Assembly (NCBI RefSeq): GCF_964194155.1
Contig: NC_135893.1
Location: 82,646,001-82,710,000 of the forward strand
Direction of reading: 5' to 3'
DNA: 64,000 nt
DNA from: Cetorhinus maximus
Lineage: Eukaryota
Part shown: positions 34,260-47,309 of the stretch, piece after piece
Numbering within the stretch: position 1 is the first letter of the stretch
Layout: each line of letters opens with the position of its first letter
Made by a program: the position numbers and the translations under genes
Notes under the pieces: generated by a model
Told to the model about the DNA's origin: nothing
Databases searched by the model: none
Seen by the model: only the letters and a program-made list of their open reading frames with translations

Positions 34260-34610
34260 TGGCTGAGAATTCAAGCCCAAGTCCAGGACTTGAGCACATA
34301 ATCTAGACTAATATTTCATTGCAGCACTGAAGGAATGCTGCATTGTTGGAGGTGTCATTTTCCTGACCCAATATCAAAATGAGGCTGTTTGCCCAATCCT
34401 GTGGAGGGTGGAGATCCCATAAATCACCTTAAAGAAGGTGTCCTGGCCAGTATTTCTCCTTCACTAACACCATCAGAAATAGTTTGACTGATCATTGTGG
34501 GTTCTTGTCACATGTAAAATGGTTGCTGTATTTGACCATGTAATAACATTGCACTTGAAAATATGTGAAGTACTTTGAAATTTCTCTGTGACAAGTGATA
34601 AGATGACATA
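34260..34610 (+). mobile_element. Degraded DeuSINE-like SINE
   Basis: Resembles 45840-46100 (gtgtcctggccagtatttctcc; aaaatggttgctgtattt; gtgaagtactttg). Confidence 0.55.
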
Positions 34611-34796
34611 AGTATGAGCCTACCACTTCCTAAAAGAGAGCGTGCCAGCTTGATCTCCAGTCCAGTATAGATTCAGCAAAATTGAAGCTTATCTTATGTT
34701 GTATTGCTGTTACTTGTTAACAGGAGGTGGTATTTTTGTTGATAGCTGACTGGATAAACAGAATAATGTGACTGACTGGGGTGCTTCATTCTGCAG

Positions 34797-34942
34797 GGAT
34801 CTTGTACAGTTGGCTAAAGCTGCAGTAAGTGGGGATGAAAATGCTTTGGATATGTTCAACTGGAAAAAGGTTGGAAAAGGAGATGCACCATTTAAAGTTG
34901 GACTTCAGCAAGGAATCACGTGTTTTGTCAGTGTAACAGATG
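34797..34942 (+). CDS. IFT140: IFT140 coding exon 4 (146 bp)
   Basis: [24 protein letters not shown]...CFVSVTDG with AG/GT flanks. Confidence 0.97.
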
Positions 34943-36791
34943 GTGAGCAAAATGCACTCTGGATAGCTTTAAACATTGCAATCTGCTCTAAAGTTACATG
35001 AAAATGCTGAGTAATGTAGTTTCCAATGGTTACAGTAACTACAACGAAGAATGGTGTATTCCAAGAGAAGAGGTGGAGGGTAGTATTTTTCAAGTTTTAG
35101 AAATTTTCACACCCATAAAAATTTGAAATATGAACATAAGTTATTTGATTTCCTCTCCTGAACATTGGTGTCATTTTAGTTTGGGCTATTCTCCAACATC
35201 TTTTTTACTATAAGTAAATCAATCTCCTACAAACTGAAACCTCTATTTCTTGTGTTTAGGTTAATATAACCCAGATCTAACAATTAACTTTGATCACTGT
35301 AAATTACGTATGTACATTCTTTTGTCGCCTGAGGGTGGAAAATAGCACAGCACTGGACCGATGCACACAGGCCTATTTACACAGAAACAGAATTAGGAAA
35401 AATCCAGTATAACTGCAGACAATCTGCAATGAGTACAAATGCTAATGAGTCCATAGAGCTTACTACTTCTATCAGCGAACAAACTCATAGAAAGACACAG
35501 AATCTGGTGGTCCAAATGCAAATGTGATTAATGGAATTGTGTTGTCCCAGGTGTGGAACTGCACAATCAAAAAAACTAAAAGCCATCAGGTTTCTTGGCT
35601 ATAAAGGTGTTTTACTTAGAAGATGATATCATCCATTAGCTTGAGTAAAATTAACACCTAAGTAACAATATAGCTTGCCCTGTGACTCAATTTAATGCAG
35701 TCTCATATGCTTGGAAAAATGATCAGCACCCAGTAATGGAGTGTGAGATAAGAGTGGGGAGGGAGGAAGAAAGTGTTGCAGACAGTGAGGTAAGCGTGGG
35801 GAGGGAGGTTGAGACTGCTGCTCACTGTGAGGCAAGGGTGGGAATGGAGAAAGAGAGCGCTCTGCACCATAAGATTAGGTTGGGGAGTGAGAGTAAGATT
35901 GCTGTGCACCTTGCATTGTTGGTCAGGAGAATGTCTCTGAGACTCGTGACCTGTTATGTTGCAGTTCTGAGTTTCAGTTGTGACATTTCTATACATTTCT
36001 ATCAGTTTAATTTGTTCTGCTGTGATTTGCTGCCTGTAATTCACTGGGCTGCCTTCTGGAAGAGTCTCCTCAAAGTATAAACCTTGACGTTAGTTACTTT
36101 GCAGTGTATAAAACCCTAGACACGCGTTCGTTCTCCTGCATATTCTGTTATGCTCCATTCTTAAAGCTGAAGGAAACAAAAATTATTTGTATTGCATATA
36201 TAGTTCTACTGAAATGAAAATTATTTTAAACTATTGCAGTGCCTGTTGTTTACTCAACAGACAAATATGACGCAATTAGAGATCTGATATAATTTTTGAC
36301 TTTATCAAAGTTGCATTGTTCTCACTTGCAACTCACTAAGCACAATGGTGAGTGGGTGAAAGCATTCATACTCTGTGGCCTTTAGTTGTGAAGACACCCA
36401 ACAAAATTGGAGATTTTGTACTTCCAAACTTAGGTTATGGCTGGGTTAGAGTACAGGTCTGTCATTGCTTGACACTGGGGTATAGTCCTTGTGGGGACAG
36501 GTCTCACGCTGTATAAAACTGAGGTATGATACTAATGGGGACAGGTCTGTCACTAACTTTTATTGGTACACTATATTTAAACATCTCCTGATTCAGATCC
36601 ATTTTTAAGACCCTTTATGTGGCTTTTTCTTAATGGGAAGTTTTTTTATGCTGTACTGTGCCAAGCTTTCCCTTCAGCATTTTTATTGTGAGTGGTTTCC
36701 ACTGCCTTTTCTAGTTGTATGTTTTGTTCGTGGGTGTTGCCCACTTGTGCAGCTTGGGGCCAGCAGGACTAACCTGTATTCTCTAAGTTAG

Positions 36792-36873
36792 AATGCTCTA
36801 ATTTATAAAAAAATAATATGTGCTACACATGCTGCCAGACCTGCTGAATGGTTCCAGCATTTTCTTTTTTCAT
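36792..36873 (+). mobile_element. Short pLTR-derived insertion at the IFT140 exon-5 acceptor, 13-bp TSD (12/13 match)
   Basis: ttctctaagttag (36779-36791) and ttctctaaattag (36874-36886) flank atgctgccagacctgctgaatggttccagcattttc. Confidence 0.7.
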
Positions 36874-36886
36874 TTCTCTAAATTAG

Positions 36887-37062
36887 GGACTGTGTATCAC
36901 GTTAATGAAAAAGGGAAGAGCTTGCAGGTCCTCTGCACTGATGGACCAATCAAGAAACTCATGTATATGGAGGGGAAGGAAATCCTGATGGTTGTGACTG
37001 AAGCACTTTTCCTATCCCAGCACAGTATTGGTCTTGATGGAACAAGTCAAGAGCTTATGAAG
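36887..37062 (+). CDS. IFT140: IFT140 coding exon 5 (176 bp)
   Basis: TVYHVNEKGKSLQVLCTDGPIKKLMYMEGKEILMVVTEALFLSQHSIGLDGTSQELMK with AG/GT flanks. Confidence 0.95.
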
Positions 37063-38721
37063 GTAGGAGCATGTATGCCGGTGTCTGTAGGACTTTAGGA
37101 AATCCCTAATCTCAATTGTTATAGATAACATACAGAGTACTAACTATTTCAGGGATTCTTCTCACCTGTTGATTGTGTTGGTAATACTGTCTCTCTGCAC
37201 TTTCTTTCTTTTCTCCCTTTGTTCCTTTTTGCTCTGTTTTGTTCCTCATCATTGTAAGCCATGCACCTGAGACTGTGGCTGCAGTGCTGTTGAATTTGAG
37301 CAGAGGAGCATTGCCAATAGTAGTGTGTCAGCATAGGAACGGACTAGAGCAGTACAGCCAATCAGGGACACTGCTAATAGCAAGTGAGAGACAGGGTAAC
37401 AGACATAAAGAAGCATAGAAAAATATTACCCTCTTGTACGCTTTGTATTCAGTGGGAGATAACTGTTGTGTTTCGTGTTTGCACGTGTTCCAAGTGACAT
37501 GTGATGATATTACATCATATAACAGAATATTTAAAGGACTTTGGAGAGGAGCACATCTGTAGATGCATCAGTAAATTTGCTTGGATGACATAGGTTATAG
37601 ACACAAGAGGATTGACGCCTGGAACTATCTTGGATGACAATTAATGGTGGGTGGCTGAGCCAACAATAGTCTGTGCTGGGAGGGTGCAGGACACCATTCG
37701 ACGACCAATACTCAACTCTGGGAGGGCCATCACAATGTTGGCAGAGTGCATAGTATTGCTCAATGTTTGGAACTGCTCAACAATGGCAGCTTAAGGACGG
37801 TGCTCAATACTGACTTCTCAGACTGGAGCTGATGGTTTAGCCTTTTTGGAGCTGTTTCCAGATAAGTCTACCAGTGCAGTGGTTCTGTGGTGTTGGGGAA
37901 CCTTGAAACTTACCCACTCTATGCTGTAAAATGAAATAACTCCTGAAGACAAAGTAAATATTATGAGCTGCTGTTGAAGCCCTTTACACACCTGTATCTT
38001 CTAAAGTGGATATTGCTGTTGTCAGTCCTCAATCTGTATCACCATTTTTTCCCCAATTTTCTCCCTTCTCTCTTGGCACAGTTCCACACACTGTCTCACA
38101 CTGACTATTCTTTGTAAGTTTAGATACTGTGTCTTTAGGCTAATCAATCATGCCATGGAATCACAATTGAGCCCAAATCTGTCGCAGCTTCACAATTGTG
38201 AGTGGAGCACAGGCTGATTATTCTTTTACGCTCACTTATCTGGGGCTGCTGAAGCCTGGCTGAGATCAATCAAGTCAATACAGCCTAGGCATCAAACCGG
38301 GAACCTTTTGGGTCTGTATGCTTGAAACTATATTTAACCAGGTAGCAATGCAGCAACTTGTATTTATGTAGTGCCTTTAACATTATAAAACATCCCAAGG
38401 CGCTTCATAGGGACATTATGACACTGAGCCACATAAGGAGATATTGGGTGGAATTTTCCCAGAATTGTACTAAGTGCGGTAGCAGGCGAGTAAAATGGAG
38501 TCCTACCCACCAATGAAAATGGCGGGTTTTCATGTCGTATCTTCCCCCGCCAGCCTCATTATATATTCACTCCTGTGAAACACGCCATTTCCATGGCAGG
38601 CGGGCTCTCATTCGCCCGCTTGCCATCACCCCGCTGTTGCATCACACCAGCCGCCATCTTTAAAAGGCAGCCGCCAGCAAAGTGCTCATCGCCGCCAGCT
38701 CACCACCGCTGCCTGGGAGAC

Positions 38722-40386
38722 ATGGCCTGCAAAGGAAAAAAGACTGCAGCCCCCCGCTTCAACGACTAGTCCCTCGAACAACTGCTGGATGTTGTGGAGG
38801 CCCGCCGGGATGTGCTCTACCCCCAATCTGGCTGCAGGATGGGTAACAATGTCACCAACCTAGCTTGGGAGGCGGTGGCAGCGGTAGTCAGTGCCAATGC
38901 CCTTCAGAAGAGGATAGCCACCTAGTACCGCAAAAGGATGAATGATCTCTTCCGTTCTGCCAGGGTAAGTCACACTTTTCACCACTCCCAACTCACACAC
39001 TACAAACACATCACACACCCACAGGGCCCTCACTCACTGCCAGTGCAAGAGACATCACCATTCACTCTTTCACATACACCATCATTGTCCTCATCCCATC
39101 CAGGGGACCACTCACCACCTACTCAGGCCAGGCATACTTATCACCTGGCCCGGCAGGCGCCCTGATACATTCTCCCCATCTCTATCCATGCAGGACAAAC
39201 TGGCTCACACAGGAGGGAGAGGCCGCAGACAGGTGGAGGGATGCCGGAATTCAAAGTTCTGACAGAATTTGTAAGCAGAGCCATCCAGCTGGCCGGCGAT
39301 GACTGGTCCTGTGCTGACGGTAAGGTCGGCACTGCTCTACAAGTGAGGATCCAGCAGTGCAACATCCATTAGACAACCAGTGACGTGTCCTCCATCACAG
39401 GCCACTGCCATGCACTAATTATTTCCCCTTGCTTTCGCAGGCACATCTGGGAAGCAGCCGACGGAGTCCACAACCCAGAGCCTCCAAGCAAGTTCTGAAG
39501 AATCTTCTGAAGAGGGATCTGAAGGCACCCCCCTTAAGTCCTATTACAGCGCTCACCCACACCCTCTACCAGCGCGGAGACACACACCTCGGTGGGACCT
39601 AGCTTTAGAGTAGCCTTGGGACCACAATCTGGTGAGCACATCGCACTTTTTGATCCACAGCAGGCAAAGGCAGGGAGTTCCCAGGTCCCCGGCACTCAAA
39701 GTACTGCTGGAGGCCAGAATGTCGCTGAGTCCGAGTCAGGTGACGAGCCTCTGGACTCGGTCATGGCACAGTTGCTGGAGCTTCAAAGGCAAGCTTGGGA
39801 ACATCAGGAAGGGATGGCTGCTGCACTTCTCAGATTGCAAGGCACGATGGAGGAGTCCATCCATCTTCAGACTGAGGTGATAGTGCTGGCATTGCAATGC
39901 ACCGAGGTCAACACTGGCAGGATGGCGGCTGCCATGGAGACCTTGGTCCAGGATGTCACTCCTGCATTGATGCGCGGGCTTAACTCCATCGCTGATCCCA
40001 TAGTTGGCCTCCAACAGTGTGTACACGAGAGGGATGCTGGGCAGTTCGATCTCACTCCAGCTACCCATTCTGCTCACAGAGTCAACCAGGGTCCCTCGGG
40101 CATCCATAGGGAGGAGAATCAGCAGGTGCACGCTCCGGGGGCATCCACCCAGGCGACTCTGGGAGTGACTGGTCCATCTGACTCCGCTCTTCCAGTGACC
40201 TCCGCAGATCCAGCTTCACAGGCCAAGGAGGGTGCCACTGCCACACAGCAGGACCCCAAAAGCAGGCCGGGGCCCTCCAAGTCTCGGCCCTCCAGAGGAA
40301 GCCCGCAGGCTGCCTCCATCTCCACTGTGGATGTCTGGGGAGCACCAAGATGTAGCGGCAGGGTTAGGAAAGTTAAGGAGAATTAG
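38722..40386 (+). pseudogene. Harbinger Myb/SANT-like accessory gene, spliced (exons ~38722-38964, from ~39194, ~39441-40386), with stops and a frameshift
   Basis: MACKGKKTAAPRFND*SLEQLLDVVEARRDVLY...AWEAVAAVVSANALQKRIAT*YRKRMNDL then gtaagt; exon 2 has RERPQTGGG; AATAAA at 40441. Confidence 0.85.
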
Positions 40387-41099
40387 TTGCACAGCCTGGG
40401 CATGGGTGTTAATCATTTGTACATAATGTTCACTATTGTCAATAAACTCCCAAGAATGTCTCCCTGCCTCTGGCTTCTTGGTCTGATGAGCAGTGTTCTT
40501 GTCAATCAGATGTGAAACCTTTCTGTACAAGATAAAAGGAAGGTGTCTCAATCCAGGGCCTCTTCCCTTTGCTCTGTGTGGCTTTCAGACCACAGTGATG
40601 GTCCAGCCTCACACTCTCTGGAAACATTACTGATGCCTGCACGTCGGCAGTGCTGATCATTGTTACCAGAATGTAGTGGGCAGGTGCCACAGAGTTCTCT
40701 CATACTCTTTGTGTGCTCTCAGCACTTTTAAGGTGGGGCTGGCCCCCATCACACCAGCATCTGCAACCAATGATGCTATGCACCAGCTCCTGAAGAGCTG
40801 AGGTGCTGAAGGCGGACACAGCATCAGATACATCTAAAGTTTCATGGCTGTGTCTCTGAGATGGCCCTGATCAAGGAGCCCAAGCGAGCTGCCCTCGCCA
40901 GACAGGAGTCCGACATTCTCAGAGGCCATGTGATGATCTATGGCGTGTCCACTCTGCATGTTGTCATTATTCTCCTGCGATCGAGCGACTATTAGGGCCT
41001 CCATTGCACCTCCATGACAGGAGCATTGTCACAGAGGGTATTGGCGCTGAGATAAGCCAGACTGGAGTCAAACTTTCACAACTGTGATGTGAGGATCCA

Positions 41100-42306
41100 T
41101 GGGGACACCTCACTGCATGTCATTATCATCTTCCACAAATCTGGCAGCTATGAGGGCCTCCCACGTGTGCCTGCCTCGCCTAGCCAGTGCGAGAGCCTCA
41201 TCCCTGTCATCGTCACCACTGAAGACCCCCTCACACTCATCCCCGTCAGTGTTCTCCTCATCGGAGGAGACATGCAGCTCCTCCAATCCTCCTCAGCCAG
41301 CTCCTCTCCCCGTTGCAGCGCCAGGTTTTAAAGCAGACAATGACGATGTGTGACACCCTCTGCGGACTGTATTGCAGGGCTCCACCAGACCAGTCCAGGC
41401 ACCAGAACCGCATTTTCAGCATCCCGATGGTCTGCTCCACCAAGTTGCGAGCTGTGCATGAGCCTCATTATAGCGTCACCGTGCTGCAGTCTGAGGCCGC
41501 CGCACGGGTGTCATCAGCCACGGCCTCTGCGGGTAGCCCTTGTCCCCAAGGAGCCAACCGTGCAGCTTCTGTGGACCCTGGAAGACTCCAGGGATCTGTG
41601 AGCGACTCAGGATGTAGGCATCATGCACGCTTCCTGGCAACCGTGCGCATACCTGCAGGATGCATTTCTGGTGGTCACATACCAGCTGCACGTTTAGTGA
41701 GTGGAAGCCCTTGCGGTTGATGAAGTCCACTGAGTGTAGCAATGGAGACTCGAGCACCACATGAGTGCAGTCAATCGTACCCTGCACCTATGGGAATCCT
41801 GAGATCGGGGCGAATCCAATGGCCCTTGCTTCCTGGCTGTCCCGGTCCCGGGTGAAATGCACAAAGTTGTGTGCCATGGAGAAGATAGCATCCGTGACCT
41901 CGTGGATGCATTTGTGGGTGGTGGATTGTGAAATCCCACAGAGGTCACCTGTGGAGCCCTGAAAGGAGCCACTGGCAGTGGATGCCCTCCATGTCCCCTT
42001 GGTGCCAAGTCCTGCTGTAAGTGGCAGGTGTGAGCCACCAAGTCCCTAGACATGCACAGTTGTTGGCGAAACTGGTTCTCAGTCATCTGCAGGAATGGCT
42101 GGCTGCGTCTATAGACCTTGTGTGTCGCTAGGCACCGACCAGCCACGGCTCGCTGTCACTCCTGAGCAGTGTGCGGGAGCCCCTGCTGCCCCTTCATGAT
42201 GTTGCTACTCCTGCCTTTGCACAGCCAGGTGCCTCAGTCGCGCTTTCTTCTGTCTCCTATGGTCTTTGTAGGCCATCAGACATACACCTAGGTCACCAGG
42301 ATCCAT
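41100..42306 (-). pseudogene. Harbinger DDE transposase (HARBI1 / DDE_Tnp_4-like), frameshifted
   Basis: QGTIDCTHV, FINRKGFHSLNVQLVCD, PGSVHDAYIL, WLLGDKGYP and VEQTIGMLKMRF motifs spread over several frames. Confidence 0.92.
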
Positions 42307-43430
42307 GATCCTGACTTGGTCCTCCTGCAGCATGAAAGAGAGAGACATGGTTATCATGGTTGTACTTAGCACCTTTCCTGGCCCTGTGTGACCGCCCCTT
42401 AATGCTTCCCGGAGAGTGCTGGTCACTCCTCAGATGGCCAGAGATGAATGCGCTGCATGGCTGCCCTGTCAACCTGCGACATGGGGGGACTGGTCTAAAC
42501 CAGGATGCTGAGATTGCAAGGAGCTGTGAGCACCTCCAGCAGTGACTGCTACATGGCCAGTGTTGGCGAGGAGATTGTACAATGTGTGCAGTCCAACTGC
42601 TCTGCGGTCCAATTAAGTGGTGGCAGACTTAAAGTCAGTGCCCGGGGGGTGCCAGGGGCGGGGTAAGGTATGGAGCGCTTGGTGGCCCTTTGGTGCCTCC
42701 ACAATGCTTGCATGGATGGGCAGGCGAGGAGCCTGACCCCAATCATATCACTGTGGCTGCGCCTGATCTGTCTTAATTGCAGAGGCATTGTCAGTTTATA
42801 CAAGTGTCTCTAATGCATGGCCATTTCCCTCACTTACCCTGCCCCCCACCTCGATTGCCTGTGCGCAGGATGCAGCGCCAGGGCAGCACTTGAACCCTCC
42901 ACCCCCTCAGTAGTTGCCTCCAAGGCTGGCCAGCACTTGCCCCTAGACAATCCCCACCCCTCAGCAGTCACCTCCGAGGCTGGCGAGCACTTGCTCCCAG
43001 ACACCCCTCACCCCTGAGCAGTCGCCTGCGGGGCCAGGCAACAGTTTCCCTCGGCGCCCCTGAGGCCTATAAACAACAGGCGAGCTGTGGAGAACGCTGC
43101 TGCTCACTCACCTCAGTCCCCCCAAGTGAAGGCAGCCAAGTGCATGTCGCCTGCGTGCTGTTGTGAAACACGTCGGCGTGCTTTCCCACTGACGTGAACG
43201 GACGATACAGCGGGGTTCCAAGAGCCTGGCGGGATGGCCTTTTAATTATATGCTAATGTATTACAATTACCTCACCGCCAACCGATGGCAGGAAATGCAG
43301 CCCGCCATTGGCGGGCTGAGCAGAAGATCACAACCTGCCTTCACGCCATCGTGGAGTTGGTCCCACCATATTTTCCATGCACACCACCTATCACGCCCGC
43401 TCCCAGCAGGCTTGGAAAATTCCGCCCATT

Positions 43431-43810
43431 GTTTTAGCTAGTTAAAAGCTTGGTCAAAGAGAGAGGTTTTAAGGAACATTCCAAAGGAGGAGAGAGAGGT
43501 AGAGAAGCAGAGAGTTTTAGGGAGGGAATTCCAGGACTTAGGGCCCAGGAAGCTGAAGACCTAGCCACCAATGGTGGAGCGATTAAAACTGGGGATTCTC
43601 AAGAGGCCAGAATTAGAGGAGCACAGATATCAAGAGGGTTGTGGGACTGGGGGAGGTTGCAGAAACAGGGAGAGGTGAGGCCATGGCGAATTTGAAAACA
43701 GGGATGAGAATTTAAAAATTGAGGTATTGCATGACTGGGAACCAATGTAGGCCAATGAAGACACAGATGATGGGCGAACGGGACTTCAAGTTTTGGATGA
43801 CCTAAAGTGT
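43431..43810 (-). mobile_element. L2-like LINE fragment; continues the host sequence at ~38350-38445
   Basis: Flanks join as ...gagccacataaggagatatt / ...aaaagcttggtcaaagagagaggttttaagg; minus strand encodes LHWPTL...FKFSSLFSN-like L2 C-terminal remnants. Confidence 0.6.
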
Positions 43811-44446
43811 ATGGCAAACAGTATGATGATTTGCTAGAGATCTCAGGATGGCAAACCCTGGAGGATTATATCTGTATGTTTTATTCTGTGAATTTCCTTG
43901 CATTATGCATGCATCCACTTTCAGTTGAAAATATATTCTAGTTTGTTTGCATTTAATTAATATTTAACCACGCAGTCTGTGACTGATTTGGAAATGAATG
44001 CTGATAGTAGCTTTTGGATAAAGAAGTGGAGCAGAAGTTGTTAACTTTTTGTATAACATTTCTGTTTATTTCTCACAAATTTGACAGTCAGTTGCTTGGA
44101 AATATTCTCATTTCACATTTGCACATTTAAACATGTGGAAAAAAACTTACTACCTGGCATGCGTTTTAGTCGCTTAGGCTATAGGACCAGCTGTGGGAAT
44201 GGACCATTATCCCAGCAAGGGTTACTGCCTCGGGGGGTGGCAAAAAACTGGTGGATGAAAATAACACCTTTGGCGTGAATCATTAAAGCTTGAACATGAC
44301 ATGTGTCTTAGTTGGGATTGTGATTCTACCATCAGCAGTCTGCTATCTGATATGTTTATTGTCTATTCAATATATTGTCTATTTGAGTAAATGTGTCTTT
44401 ACAAGGTTTCCATTGTACCTGCACCTGTCTTTGTCTCTGTTTGCAG

Positions 44447-44538
44447 GTAAAGCTGAGCGGAAAGGCAGGCTCAAAAGCTGATATTATCTGGGTGGAGAGT
44501 GGCCTTCTCATTACAGCCACAGGCGAGATAGTTATTAG
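44447..44538 (+). CDS. IFT140: IFT140 coding exon 6 (92 bp)
   Basis: VKLSGKAGSKADIIWVESGLLITATGEIVIR with AG/GT flanks. Confidence 0.95.
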
Positions 44539-45839
44539 GTGAGAACTGGATGGGTTGTAGGCCATTTCACTTAAGTGTTGGGAGAGGATTCTGGGGTTTG
44601 GGGCAGCATGGTGAAGTGTCATGCAGTTTGCATGAAGGTTTAAAATGTTGTTTATTTTGTTACAGTATCCTGTGACTTTTATAAATTTTCAGTCATGTTT
44701 TATATGAAAACCTACTCTCACCTGTTGAATTTAATGACCTGTGCTGAGAGTTATTGTGCATGTTTTGTTTGTTTTGAAAATCATGTGAGTATTGACAACA
44801 GCTGGGGCCAAGAATATTTGTTGTCAAGAGATTTAACCAAATTTGACACTGTTGCTAGGATACCAAGGTTTAGTTTACAGCATAATTAAATAAGCTGCAT
44901 ACTTGGTCTTCTATTCTTTTAATTTTTGTAGAGCCTCAAATAAATCCCAAGGTTTGGCCATGAATTGAGAAGATTTGAACCAATTTGCTTTCTGATTCTC
45001 AACCTAGAAACAAGTATTTTTATTAAAATAGGAATCTTTCCTCAGTTATAAAGTATATATGTAGGGGTGGGGTGGGAGGAAGCCCAGTGTCGCACTGCTT
45101 CTAAAATCACAAGCCTAACTTCAAGAGACCAGAGATCTGGCTGTTCCCCACTGCTCTTCCCCCACACCCTGAACCCAGTGTACATTCCCCCTTTTACTAT
45201 CCCCACCTGGTGCATACTCTCCCATTTGCTCTCCGGCCCTGTGCACATTTTTCCCCATCCACTCTTTCCCCCAGCCCATCTGCATTCCCTGGCCACTCTC
45301 CCCAACTTTGATTTATATCCCTAGAGATTCATTTTATTGGTGAGGAGCCTACAAATAAGAAAAAAGGCTACTTTTATTTTTCACACTATTATTGTAAACA
45401 AAGCAAATTACAGTTTTAAAAAATAGGTGTGAATGAACATGTCAAACTGATTCACTTCATGAGATTGGGATAATATTGAAAAAAAACTGACTACTTTTTC
45501 TGTGGTTTCCTTTAAGCAGGAACACAGGAGTAAATTCTTCACAAGGAAAAATTCTCCATGATATTTAGAAGATAAAATAGATCACAGTTCATTCAAACAG
45601 GAATGGGTAGCTCACCTTATTAAGATTCCATTATTGTGGAACTCTACAGCATACCCTGTTTTTGATACACAAACTTTGGTTCCTTACCTATCTCTGAGAA
45701 TGTCAAGATGTTGAAGGGTAGTATAGTTCTCATAAGTTGCTGATTCTATAAGCCATGTTTTCATAACAAATGCTAGGAAACTTGTTAGTTCAGAAATTAA
45801 CGTGGCATTCAATGTAGTAATCCATCAGATTTATGTCTG

Positions 45840-46100
45840 ACTGCAGTGTCAGAGAGTCAGCCTTTCAGATGAGATGTTAAATTGAGACCTGCCTGACTTT
45901 TCAGTTGAATGTAAAAAAATCCATGGCATTATTGAAAGACTAACAAGGGGAGTTCTTCCAGTGCCCTGGCCATTATTTATCCCTCAGGCAACTTCAATGT
46001 TTGTGGGAGTTTGCTTTGTGCAAATTGGCTGCTGCGTTCCCCTACTTTACAATGTGACTTCATTTCAAAAGTACTTCATTGGCTGTGAAGCACTCTGGAA
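45840..46100 (+). mobile_element. DeuSINE-like (SacSINE1 / AmnSINE1-related) SINE
   Basis: cctttcagatgagatgttaaa...ccatggcattatt...ggggagttctt...tggccattatttatccctc resembles the recalled Deu domain; L2-like tail ttcattggctgtgaagcact. Confidence 0.65.
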
Positions 46101-46744
46101 AATTCTTTATTTTTCTTTCCAACTGAAAAGAGCCAAGTATTAGGATAGTATTTCTCCCAGACAATTTACTCCAGGCTTGGTCATGTTACTTTGCCAGTAC
46201 AATGCAGTCCATAGGAGGTTTGGACTGATAATGTGCCCAGTAGTGATGATGGTCAGATCTGCAGTCAACCAAATGTGTGGTAAATTAGATGGTAGCAGGA
46301 TATGAAACTAATCTTGAAAACATTATAATGACAAATAAGTATATGTTCACTTTTTTCGTGGACTGTCATTTAATTTGTTACGTTTGGAGCATCTGCCTAA
46401 TATTTCACCCTTAGCGTGTTTAAGTGAAGAGTTTTTCCAATCAATTCTACAATTGATAACTTTTATTTACTGATGTCCTCTGTGTCATTTTGTTGATCAC
46501 AGTCATGAAATTTGGATCCTCTTCTGGTTAGTGTACCTATATTAAATCAAAAGTCACAGTTTTGTGCCAGTTTCATCTTTTGAAAAACTTTTACCCTAAC
46601 TTTTTGCTATCTGATATAAGAGATGGCATGTGTAAATTGCACTGTGTAATGTGTCAGTGGGTCTTATGGCATCTTTTAATGTACCTACTTTGAGAGAAAC
46701 AAGATGAAGTGATCTTTCATTAACTTTGTGCTATTTTCCATCAG

Positions 46745-46851
46745 GCTCTGGGATTTGGATAAAGATGAGAATTACACTTTGACACCAGATGAACACCTGG
46801 GGTATAGCACTGGAGAAATCATAAATTGCATCTCTTACTGTGAAAGTAAAG
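46745..46851 (+). CDS. IFT140: IFT140 coding exon 7 (107 bp); gene continues beyond the window
   Basis: LWDLDKDENYTLTPDEHLGYSTGEIINCISYCESKG with AG/GT flanks. Confidence 0.95.
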
Positions 46852-47056
46852 GTAGGTCTGTACCTTGCTGTAGCCTTCTACTTTCTCCACACTGCAATAA
46901 CGATAAAGAAAATCCACAAACTACAGCCCTTGAGAAATCTTAAAGAATAATTAAGGCCCAAGGAAGAACCAATTCGTTTTTGGCAAAGATGCAAATGCAG
47001 ATCCTGGAATTTTGTAAAGGATTTGTTAACATTGGGAGATGGGACAAATTGACTTT

Positions 47057-47120
47057 TTTAGAATACTGTGGATTGTTTTATTTAGAATGTTGTTGATTGT
47101 TTTAGAATGCTGTGGATTGT
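47057..47120. repeat. Short tandem repeat, ~20-24-bp unit x3
   Basis: tttagaat(a/g)(c/t)tgt(g/t)gattgt three times. Confidence 0.7.
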
Positions 47121-47309
47121 CTCAGCTACTGTGGTGCACTTTGTCACAGCTTTCAAAATATGAAGAGTTTTCAGAGCAGGTTGTTGGATGTTGACTGGCC
47201 TGGAGTCTCCTCAGTGAGATGGAAACATTTAATAAAATGATTTATTTTTTCAGCTTTGCAGTTACAGGGCATCAACCAGGCAGGGAAAAGTCTTAAGGAA
47301 GAGCCTGTT

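Larger units (their letters stand above)
38446..43427. mobile_element. Full-length (~5 kb) PIF/Harbinger transposon with 14-bp TIRs and 3-bp TSD att, inserted in an L2-like fragment
   Basis: TIRs gggtggaattttcc (38446-38459) and ggaaaattccgccc (43414-43427); att on both flanks; two convergent genes inside. Confidence 0.92.

Noticed and set aside
39592-40386. 264-aa ORF as an independent or domesticated host gene
   Set aside because: It is the last exon of the Harbinger accessory gene; upstream exons carry stops and a frameshift, and it lies within TIRs
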